From an uncultured virus (IMG/VR IMGVR_UViG_3300031539_000003) (taxonomy: Duplodnaviria > Heunggongvirae > Uroviricota > Caudoviricetes): a stretch of 20,000 bases of DNA. Position numbers and translations under genes: made by a program. Numbering within the stretch: the first letter of the stretch is position 1; every line of letters starts with the position of its first letter. The stretch lies in IMG/VR virus record IMGVR_UViG_3300031539_000003; one strand, given 5' to 3'. Below, piece after piece: positions 7,496 through 15,621 of the stretch. The notes below the pieces were generated by a model that saw nothing but the letters and a program-made list of their open reading frames with translations, was not told the origin of the DNA and did not search any database.

Positions 7496-10314
7496 TATTC
7501 AAATTTTCCTATAACATTTCTACTGAAAGTAGCGCAACTCTTTGAAACAAGATATTCGTATTGGTCAAAATCACTATCTTGATTATATAAATCTAAGCAC
7601 GCATCAATATCATTACAAAAACTTTCTAATTGACCATTCAGTGAAGATGGATCAGGCATACTTGATATTGACCCAACAACAATACGGCTAATTTTATGGA
7701 AATTAAAATTACACCCCATTATCTGATTTCTTAACTCATCTGCAAACTCAATTGACTGCTGAATCCTTTCAGTAGTTTTTTCAACGCTAGTACCATCCGG
7801 TCTTATCACCCTCTCTTTTATCCTATCAGTAATTTTAGATGGCTTCTCAACCTTCGTTATATCAGCAATCCTATCTCCCAATTCAGGAACACTACCTTCT
7901 TCATCTTCTCTCGGAGGTAATTCAACCGTCTTACCTTCTTCACCTTCTCCCTCAGGAGGATTTAGAGCAGGTTTAGATTTCCTCATTAATCTATTCTTCT
8001 GTCTGACATTCATATATCTGAAAGCACCATAAGTATCCAACAAATTAATAGCATCTTCCCTGTCAATCATCCCTTCCTTAAACCACTCCGTTATTTCTTT
8101 ACGAACTGACTGTTCTGCACCTCTATCTATATCCTTATAATTCCATGTAACATCACTAGCTATACCCTCGAAAAGCAATACTAATTTACTAAACCTTTCG
8201 AGCGGAATATATAACTGATTAATAAAAGAATAAACATTATGATTGAAAGCATCACTTTGGACAATAGCGGTATTACCTTGAATTGCAACTTTTCCATTGC
8301 GCCTTGTAAGAAATAAATGATTGGGAACATTAAAACAATACACCTTACCTTTATAATGTTCTCTAAATATTTTATCTTTTCCAATTGTAACAATATTCCT
8401 ATGAGATATTAACACCCTAAAACATCTGGTGCCATTTATAATCATCGAATTATATCCCAGTTTAATTGCAATCTCCTGAACATTACCAGCTAATTCACGA
8501 GATGCAGTATAATAACACATTGATTTTCTATTAATCCTCTTATCATAACTACCATCTCCATCCATCAATGCATCAAATAGTATCTGTAGCTGTCGCTTCG
8601 GTAAACTACGGAACTCTAACGGAATTCTCTTATCATGTGAATTATTACCAGTATTCTCCATCAAGTAGGTATGCAATGATTTATCATATATATACCATAT
8701 TAGAGCATCTTTATCTTGACCATGAGGTTTCTCTATAACTTTAAACTCGGTAATAGAATCCATAAAATCTTTAATTTTATCTCTTACATAATCTTTCCTT
8801 TGCGAAATATGTAACCCATATTGATTTTTAACACTAGGGCAACAAATAACACATCCCTCAGACAAAATATAGCCCAATAATTTCAGCCATTTATCCATTG
8901 GGATATTTCTATCTCCAACATTCTTCTTCTTAAAAGAATTCTCATATTTAACTTGTTTCAAAGTAAAATATCCACATTCCTTACCATCCCAATCAACAGC
9001 ATGTTCAAATGCCGTCCTTCCCCAATTTATTTCCTCTGCCTTAACAATACCAAATTTTTCCCGTCTAAATTCCTTACAATACATTCTATGGTCTGGCGTT
9101 ACTAAAATGTCTATTGTTCGATTATTAAAATGAATCATCTCCCCATTGTAATCATATAAATAAATATCTCCGATAGGTTTCTCAAACTCCAATTTACCGT
9201 TAATAGAATTATATGTTCCGATTAAATCATTCTTATCAACATCCCAATAATATTTCCATCCATTTTGCGTTAATGTTTCCGTATCGCTTGAATAACACGC
9301 TTTATTTGTTTTGCTCCCTTCAATAAGCATATTCATCGGAACACCAACATCCATAAAAATGTTCTCCTGATAATGCTTCATCAAAGCCCTTAAATCCTGA
9401 GATGCATTACCAACAGTACTCTGACTCATTTTTACTTCAGAAGGTACTACTAAATCTCCAAATCTTTCCTGTTCAGCTAATTTAGACTCAACTTCAAGAA
9501 TAACATCATTACTAGGACAAGCAAACATTCTAAAAGGATAAATGTCATGTTTGATAAGTTGTAACTGTAAATCTTCTACCATTCTCAACGCAGCAATATC
9601 ATCTATAGCTCCCTCTATAAGCCCGATACCAAAACTATCACCAGGAAGAGCATCCAATTTAACATGTATCATTCTCCAAGGCTCCATCACTATATAGTTG
9701 CTAGAGTCCCTTACACTGATATAATACAATATCCTCCCATATTTATCCTTGACAATTCTCATATAATCAGGCTCAAGCCTTTTTATTCCAATAACCCTCT
9801 TTAATCTCCTCGCTACATTCTTAATATCTTTTTCTTTAGATATAGTGACATCAAAACTACCGGTAATATCAAAACTCCCACCAATTGCAGAAAGTTTTTT
9901 ATTGGCATCCTGGTCTATTTCTTCTTCATCATATACTATCTCATAAAACACATTACCAAACGATGTTAAATCCTGAAACATATTTGGTAACTCATCGAAA
10001 ATGTTCATAACATCGAGTCGTTCCATTAAGATAGTACGTGCTCTCACATTGTCACACACTATATCAGGTAACTCAGAAGTAGCCCGATGTTTATAAACAG
10101 ACAAAGCCTGCCTTATAAAACCAAATCTTCTATAAATCTGCCTTATTTTTCTAAAATCATATTTCGGGGCCTGTGCATTAATAATAGACCCTATCAATTT
10201 GAATTGATATTTAGTCCCGCCAACAAATGCCTTACCAGTATTTTTTATCTTCTTGATAGGCGTTAAGACACTTGATATAGCACTTAAAACTTTACTTTTG
10301 AGTTTGTATGGCAC
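7495..10314 (-). CDS. Portal protein with intein (939-aa precursor; about 597 aa spliced)
   Basis: Portal motifs DLTSFGNVFYEIV, IKRLEPDYMRIVKDKYG, MIHVKLDALPGDSFGIGLIE and IFMDVGVPMNML; the exteins rejoin as TNKA|TAIVQ. Sits between TerL and MuF; GTG start abuts the upstream TAA. Confidence 0.88.
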   Translation of the reverse strand: MPYKLKSKVLSAISSVLTPIKKIKNTGKAFVGGTKYQFKLIGSIINAQAPKYDFRKIRQIYRRFGFIRQALSVYKHRATSELPDIVCDNVRARTILMERLDVMNIFDELPNMFQDLTSFGNVFYEIVYDEEEIDQDANKKLSAIGGSFDITGSFDVTISKEKDIKNVARRLKRVIGIKRLEPDYMRIVKDKYGRILYYISVRDSSNYIVMEPWRMIHVKLDALPGDSFGIGLIEGAIDDIAALRMVEDLQLQLIKHDIYPFRMFACPSNDVILEVESKLAEQERFGDLVVPSEVKMSQSTVGNASQDLRALMKHYQENIFMDVGVPMNMLIEGSKTNKACYSSDTETLTQNGWKYYWDVDKNDLIGTYNSINGKLEFEKPIGDIYLYDYNGEMIHFNNRTIDILVTPDHRMYCKEFRREKFGIVKAEEINWGRTAFEHAVDWDGKECGYFTLKQVKYENSFKKKNVGDRNIPMDKWLKLLGYILSEGCVICCPSVKNQYGLHISQRKDYVRDKIKDFMDSITEFKVIEKPHGQDKDALIWYIYDKSLHTYLMENTGNNSHDKRIPLEFRSLPKRQLQILFDALMDGDGSYDKRINRKSMCYYTASRELAGNVQEIAIKLGYNSMIINGTRCFRVLISHRNIVTIGKDKIFREHYKGKVYCFNVPNHLFLTRRNGKVAIQGNTAIVQSDAFNHNVYSFINQLYIPLERFSKLVLLFEGIASDVTWNYKDIDRGAEQSVRKEITEWFKEGMIDREDAINLLDTYGAFRYMNVRQKNRLMRKSKPALNPPEGEGEEGKTVELPPREDEEGSVPELGDRIADITKVEKPSKITDRIKERVIRPDGTSVEKTTERIQQSIEFADELRNQIMGCNFNFHKISRIVVGSISSMPDPSSLNGQLESFCNDIDACLDLYNQDSDFDQYEYLVSKSCATFSRNVIGKFE
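8272..9297 (-). mobile_element. Intein with LAGLIDADG homing endonuclease in portal (342 aa, residues 340-681)
   Basis: N-terminus CYSSDTETLTQNGW, block B VTPDHRM, endonuclease motifs LLGYILSEG and LFDALMDGDGS, block F YKGKVYCFNVP, C-terminus IQGN followed by +1 Thr. Confidence 0.92.
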
Positions 10315-11844
10315 TTACATCCTCTTTCTATAAATTTCTTCAACATCAGATTTTTTAAACAAAAAGCCATCAAAGCCTTCCACGTATTCTTCATGATTTA
10401 TATAATTGCCATTCTCAACATACTTTACATATTCAGTAGTTTCAACAGTTTCATTAATCGGAATATCATCATCTGAATATCCTCCATCAACAACATCATC
10501 CATACCCATATGCTTCCTAATTCTCTCTATTGCATTAACAAAATGTTCTTTCAATAATATTATTTTCCCTTCCTCATCAAGAGAACCTTCGTTAATGGCA
10601 GTAATACAAACATCATTAGCAAGAGCCCTGATGTGACTTCCATTAAACTGATCGCACATACCTGCTATCTCTTCAAAATTGACATCTTCTGTTTTCTGCC
10701 TACCGTCAAGAAATCTGGTAAGTAATTTCAACCTATTCGGAGCACTTAATGCACCGACAGCAATACGGACATCAAATCTTCCAGGTCTTCTCATTATAGC
10801 ATCATCTATCATTTCAGGATGATTTGTGGTTGCAACTACCAAAATACCGACATTATCTTCCATCCCGTCCATTTGAGTAAGAAGTTCCCCTGTAACACGC
10901 ATAACCTTTCCAGCCGTTCTACTTTGACCAAAAAAATCTATATCTTCCATAAATATCACTGTCGGAGCAAGCCTTCTTGCCATCTTAAATAAATTAGCAA
11001 TATCCTCAGAACTGCAAATGTCCTTTGCTGTTGATAGCATAAAAGTTGCACCATTTATCTTATTTGCAAGAATCTTTCCAGTTAATGTTTTACCAGTCCC
11101 AGGAGCCCCTTCCATCATCACGCCCTTCTTAAAAGCAATATCGTTAATCTCGTAAAGTTCAGCTTTATCAAAAAAGTTTAATATATTGGATTCAAGACTT
11201 GCCTGTATACCATCCTCAAGAACAACATCATCCCATGAATACTCGCTTACATTTAAAAGTTCACCGGACGCAGAAATTTTCTCTCCACGCATGTAATCAA
11301 GTTCATTGATATAATACTTAATCTCATTTAATGCATTTTTAAACATATCCATATACTGCTTCTCAAAAGACAACGTTACAGTACCGACCATTCTTGTAAA
11401 ATCAGTATTAATAACCAACTTAATATCACCTGCCGGTTTGACAGCAAACTGCATCCCTTTAACGATCAAATTTTCAGTGACACCCCTGGATGTAATCATC
11501 TCTCCATATTCCATAGGGACTTCTCTTTCACCCCATCTAAAATTCCTCTCATGCAATACCTCAAATCCATTCTTCTTTAAATAATGAAGAACTGATTTAG
11601 AAACAATTGCATTCATATACAAAGGATAAACTTCACCCAATTCTATCTGATCATTAGGCCCAACACCAAGGAAATAATTAACAGCATCAACATCAAGCAT
11701 CAAATATTTATATCGAGCAAAAGTCCTTGCTATCTCATCAACACTTGTCTTAAAAACATTATCTTCCCCTGTAGATTCATCAGCATTAAATTCACTTTTG
11801 CTGACAGAATTTGCTTTTTTTACCTTATCTCCTATTTTACTCAT
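10315..11844 (-). CDS. AAA+ ATPase (classic AAA clade, single ATPase domain)
   Basis: Walker A GAPGTGKT, Walker B IFMEDID, ELLTQMDG, sensor-1 ATTNHP, SRH/Arg finger IDDAIMRRPGRFD and lid FNGSHIRAL. It has an N-terminal domain of about 200 aa and an acidic C-terminal tail; SD AGGAGTGA. Confidence 0.93.
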   Translation of the reverse strand: MSKIGDKVKKANSVSKSEFNADESTGEDNVFKTSVDEIARTFARYKYLMLDVDAVNYFLGVGPNDQIELGEVYPLYMNAIVSKSVLHYLKKNGFEVLHERNFRWGEREVPMEYGEMITSRGVTENLIVKGMQFAVKPAGDIKLVINTDFTRMVGTVTLSFEKQYMDMFKNALNEIKYYINELDYMRGEKISASGELLNVSEYSWDDVVLEDGIQASLESNILNFFDKAELYEINDIAFKKGVMMEGAPGTGKTLTGKILANKINGATFMLSTAKDICSSEDIANLFKMARRLAPTVIFMEDIDFFGQSRTAGKVMRVTGELLTQMDGMEDNVGILVVATTNHPEMIDDAIMRRPGRFDVRIAVGALSAPNRLKLLTRFLDGRQKTEDVNFEEIAGMCDQFNGSHIRALANDVCITAINEGSLDEEGKIILLKEHFVNAIERIRKHMGMDDVVDGGYSDDDIPINETVETTEYVKYVENGNYINHEEYVEGFDGFLFKKSDVEEIYRKRM

Positions 11845-11853
11845 ATATCACTC

Positions 11854-12582
11854 CTATGCGTTCCTACGTAAATTTGAAGCCTCTCTTATTGCCGAATTAA
11901 CCAAATTTTCAAAATCGTTAGCAGATGTATGTTTAACTGCCGTATTAATAGCAGACTTTATTTCGCTTGCGCTAAAACCAAGTTTCCTGAGTTCTTTTCC
12001 TGCAGCTGTAACTCTTGCCTTCTGACTAGGGTTTAAGTCCCTTGTGGCAGGTCTAACAGCAACTCCCTTTTGCACTACATTTAACCTATCTGCATATGCA
12101 GCCTGTTTTTTACTTAAAGCATCTAAAGCCCTTTGATCCTGTGCATTCTTTGCTAATTTTCGTTTCGCTACTTTGGTCTTACCTTTTGCTGCCTGCCTTT
12201 TTATCTTCGCTAATTCTTTTTCTTTTGCTTTAATCCTTGCAGCTAAATTCTTAGCGTGCTTCTGCGCAAACATTAAGGGTAAAGGATTATTAATCATTAA
12301 TGATAACAATGTCAATCCACCTATCTTTGCTATATCAGAAAGTTTAACCTGATCTTTAACTAATCCCTGAACAGTCTTATTATCGACTTCTTTTTGTCTC
12401 AATCCTGGAGGATCAACAACAACCTTATCATCTTTCGCTTTCATTTCAGAGAAAATGGCTTTGATATTACCTATAACATCATTACCAAACTTGATCAATG
12501 AACTGGCTGCATCAGATATCTTCTCTCTTATGCTTTTCGCTGTTGGTGCTCCAGCCCCTTCTGTCCCTCTTCCTATACCCAT
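11854..12582 (-). CDS. Hypothetical basic protein with hydrophobic segment, coiled coil and C-terminal RuvA-C/UBA-like domain
   Basis: 242 aa. Contains a hydrophobic stretch (IGGLTLLSLMINNPLPLMFA), a K/A-rich helix, and the C-terminus AAGKELRKLGFSASEIKSAINTAVKHTSANDFENLVNSAIREA. Confidence 0.65.
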   Translation of the reverse strand: MGIGRGTEGAGAPTAKSIREKISDAASSLIKFGNDVIGNIKAIFSEMKAKDDKVVVDPPGLRQKEVDNKTVQGLVKDQVKLSDIAKIGGLTLLSLMINNPLPLMFAQKHAKNLAARIKAKEKELAKIKRQAAKGKTKVAKRKLAKNAQDQRALDALSKKQAAYADRLNVVQKGVAVRPATRDLNPSQKARVTAAGKELRKLGFSASEIKSAINTAVKHTSANDFENLVNSAIREASNLRRNA

Positions 12583-12584
12583 AA

Positions 12585-12641
12585 CCTATCATTTCCCTAT
12601 CATTTCAATCCACGCATCACTTTTTAAATCCACGCATCACT
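12585..12641. repeat. Two adjacent pairs of direct repeats in the gap between TerL and the downstream gene
   Basis: CCTATCATTTC at 12585-12595 and 12596-12606; AATCCACGCATCACT at 12607-12621 and 12627-12641. Confidence 0.9.
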
Positions 12642-12653
12642 AAAAATGCGACA

Positions 12654-15620
12654 TTATAAAGAAAGTTCCCTTTGCTTATAACTGAAATCTCTTGGTTTCC
12701 CAAAATCTCCAAATATCGTAGAAGGTCTTCTATTTCCTACTCCCCTGACCATCGTAGCACTTGATTCTGTCTGACCATAAAAAACATCCCACATCGCATC
12801 AATAGCTAACGCTGAAGCATTAGCCCTATCATCTCCAACATTTTCGGGATGATCAAAAGCCAATAGATTATTTGGCAAAGTTCTAGTCGTTATGTTCTCA
12901 AGCTCATCCTTTAATAAATTCGCTTCAATATACGATTTATCGTAATAATTAGTTTTTGGTAACTTGAATAATCCTCTCGTCATAATATTCTTTAAATTGA
13001 AGAACATACGATTCTTCTTCTCGCTACTATATGGAATTATTTTTATTGCTGTTTCACTACCTCCAAATTGAGGTGTTTTATCTGAAATATCTGCATTTTT
13101 ACAGCCAGACCATTTTATAGTCTCATTAAGAATTTCATCAAAATATTCAAGTGGTTCCATTAAATGTTCTGCTATCTGCCTTCCACCACCACCAGCATCT
13201 ATATTACACCTAATAACTGGAAATACTCTCATTACTCTTCTCAATAAATTCTCTACCTCCGGTATACTCCTATTATCAAATGACCATCCATTTGCAAACT
13301 GTAAACCAATCCCTTTTTCTGGCACATCTATTATTTGATACAAATAAATAGAAAATTTATCCTTCATTACCATATTACTAGGGTCAACCCCAAGCACATA
13401 ACGTAAATCGCTATTCTGCGGTACAACCTGAACCTTTATGCTTCCATCTTCTTCTTCATCACAAGAATAAATCAATTCATTCGGAAAATAACCATCAATA
13501 TTATCAGTAAATATCCCTAAATTTTCCCTTGCAAATTGTTCCCATGTACTATTCTCATATTGAAGTTGTATAATATCTAAATCTATTGTATCACTATCTC
13601 TATAATCATACTCAGAAAGATGATACAAACTGTCATCCTTATTTAAATACTTCCTATGTGTTAGATACCACTGATAAAAATGATTCTGCTTACTCAATGG
13701 GGTAGAAAGTGTAATCAATTTATTCGGCATTCCATTCGCCCCTGGTTGGTTCAACATCGGTAAAATTACAGTCGTAATATAATCCTGAGTAAACCTTGCA
13801 TACTCATCTATTCCTATAATAGTCCCATGAGAACCTAATATCTTGCTATTATGTGAAATAAAACCATTACTCCCAAAAGTATGATCCCCTGGAATATACG
13901 CATCGTAAGTATCAGCTTTATCATCTTTTATCTCAACTATTTCATCATAAAAATAATGTTTATCATAAACATCTTTTAAATTCTTATATTCATTTAAATC
14001 AGAATATTCTTTAAAAAAATCCAAAATATTTTTAACATATTGATAAGTTAAACCAATCCCATTTTTAAAATTTTCTCTAGCTTTTGATAAACATAACTTT
14101 ACAGCACCACCTATATAATTTGTATTCCTAACAATCTTTATTTTACTAATTAACTCTAACACTAAATAAGGAGCATGCGGAATCAAATCTTTTACATCAT
14201 AATCCCTTTTCTTCTCACTTAATAACTTCTCCAACCTTTCTTGCTTTCTTTTTAATCTAAATCCTATTCTCTCACTAAATTTTTTAACATTAGTTCCTGT
14301 TATAAATAAATCATAAACAATATTCCATTTATCCCCTCTTTTTCTATCTCTTACATTAGAAATAATACCGAATTTTAATAAAATAATCTGTAAAACTCTA
14401 ACAAGTTCATAAGAAGTATTCGTAAATTCTAACCATAATCCACTATCCTTATGCTCACTCTTACAAACTGACCCATCCGTATCAAATAAGCCTTGGATAA
14501 AACCTACCATTACATTTTTCGAACAACCCAATACTTTAGGTGGAATTTGTTTATTCTTAGTTTTATTACCAACAAAATCTATACTATCTATCCCAAACTC
14601 TTTTAAATAATTATTAACACCATCTTTACCATACGCATATAAATGATATTTAGAACTATCTAATCTCTTAAATTCTAATTCATATTTTCTAATAAAATCT
14701 GCTCCATTAATATATTTAACTATATCATCATCTATTGGATTATTAGAAAATCCAATTCTATATAAAACTCCTTGCTCACTCTCAGTACAATAAGATGCAT
14801 CCCCTATTAATGCCCCTATTGAATATGCATCATCATATTGTAAATCATTACATTCAGGAAACCATTCTTCTTTCCTATCTATTATAACCTTATCACCAAC
14901 TTGCAACTCACTATACCGTATCCAATCAGTTTTATTATCTCTAACAGCTAATACCGGATGTATCAATGAGCCTTTTAACTCATAACCATAATTTGTTTTA
15001 ACATCTTTTATATCAACAAATCCATTATAGAAATAATATTCAGCATCATTAAACCCATCCTTACCACTTATCTTGCCTTTTATAAATACCTTATCTTTTT
15101 CTATCGCATCATCACAAAGAATATCATCTATCTTTTTGAATCCATCATATCTCATTATAAAACAATCACTTACACAGCCATCCCCCATAGGAAGTGACAA
15201 AATTTCCGAACCGTTCTTAAATCGCATTATCCCTTTTGTTTTTCTCTCTACTAATCCCTGAAAAATCTCACTATTATTATAGTACCTAGTCAAAATGTGC
15301 ATCGGATTTAAACTCTGTCTCTGCGACGGAGCTAAAAATATCCCGACTTCCTCAGGGTATAGTATACATTGTAAAGCAACAGCTACAGCCTCCAAATATG
15401 TTTTCCCCATTTGACGGCTCCATTTCAAAAGGGCAAATCTCTTTTTATTACAAAAGAAATCTTCTATAGCTTCAATCTGATACCAATAGAGATCAACACC
15501 CAATAATACTTTCGCAGCTACAGCAGGGCTATCCCTTAACGTATCAATCAAATCTATCTGGGTATCCGTAAGGCTTCCACTGTTACCAACTTTTATGCTA
15601 CTTGCCAAACCTACCCCCAA
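12654..15620 (-). CDS. terL: Terminase large subunit with intein (988-aa precursor; about 545 aa spliced)
   Basis: Q motif LYWYQ, Walker A SRQMGKT, Walker B IIGIDE, coupling motif LSTP, RNase H-like nuclease motifs LGVDP, IDAGGGG and DDRANASALA. TTG start 1 nt after the upstream stop. Confidence 0.95.
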   Translation of the reverse strand: MGVGLASSIKVGNSGSLTDTQIDLIDTLRDSPAVAAKVLLGVDLYWYQIEAIEDFFCNKKRFALLKWSRQMGKTYLEAVAVALQCILYPEEVGIFLAPSQRQSLNPMHILTRYYNNSEIFQGLVERKTKGIMRFKNGSEILSLPMGDGCVSDCFIMRYDGFKKIDDILCDDAIEKDKVFIKGKISGKDGFNDAEYYFYNGFVDIKDVKTNYGYELKGSLIHPVLAVRDNKTDWIRYSELQVGDKVIIDRKEEWFPECNDLQYDDAYSIGALIGDASYCTESEQGVLYRIGFSNNPIDDDIVKYINGADFIRKYELEFKRLDSSKYHLYAYGKDGVNNYLKEFGIDSIDFVGNKTKNKQIPPKVLGCSKNVMVGFIQGLFDTDGSVCKSEHKDSGLWLEFTNTSYELVRVLQIILLKFGIISNVRDRKRGDKWNIVYDLFITGTNVKKFSERIGFRLKRKQERLEKLLSEKKRDYDVKDLIPHAPYLVLELISKIKIVRNTNYIGGAVKLCLSKARENFKNGIGLTYQYVKNILDFFKEYSDLNEYKNLKDVYDKHYFYDEIVEIKDDKADTYDAYIPGDHTFGSNGFISHNSKILGSHGTIIGIDEYARFTQDYITTVILPMLNQPGANGMPNKLITLSTPLSKQNHFYQWYLTHRKYLNKDDSLYHLSEYDYRDSDTIDLDIIQLQYENSTWEQFARENLGIFTDNIDGYFPNELIYSCDEEEDGSIKVQVVPQNSDLRYVLGVDPSNMVMKDKFSIYLYQIIDVPEKGIGLQFANGWSFDNRSIPEVENLLRRVMRVFPVIRCNIDAGGGGRQIAEHLMEPLEYFDEILNETIKWSGCKNADISDKTPQFGGSETAIKIIPYSSEKKNRMFFNLKNIMTRGLFKLPKTNYYDKSYIEANLLKDELENITTRTLPNNLLAFDHPENVGDDRANASALAIDAMWDVFYGQTESSATMVRGVGNRRPSTIFGDFGKPRDFSYKQRELSL
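13848..15176 (-). mobile_element. Intein with LAGLIDADG homing endonuclease in TerL (443 aa, residues 149-591)
   Basis: Begins CVSDCF after LPMGDG; block B GSLIHPVL; endonuclease motifs IGALIGDAS and FIQGLFDTDGS; block F TYDAYIPGDHTF; ends ISHN with +1 Ser. Exteins rejoin as LPMGDG|SKILGSHGTIIGIDE. Confidence 0.95.
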
Positions 15621-15621
15621 A

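Noticed and set aside
9845..9880. GSFDIT-GSFDVT 18-bp near-duplication in portal
   Set aside because: Real but most likely a small slippage duplication in a variable loop, with no evident functional signal.
10315..11844. Naming the ATPase ftsH, pan or cdc48
   Set aside because: It has no TM or HExxH protease domain, no PAN coiled-coil/OB domain or HbYX tail, and only one AAA module, so no gene symbol is justified.
11854..12582. Calling this gene ruvA
   Set aside because: Only the C-terminal helical pattern resembles RuvA domain III; the OB-fold and HhH domains are absent.
12585..12641. Direct repeats as a mini-CRISPR or att site
   Set aside because: The repeats are 11-15 bp with 0-5 bp between copies, and there is no cas or integrase gene in the window.
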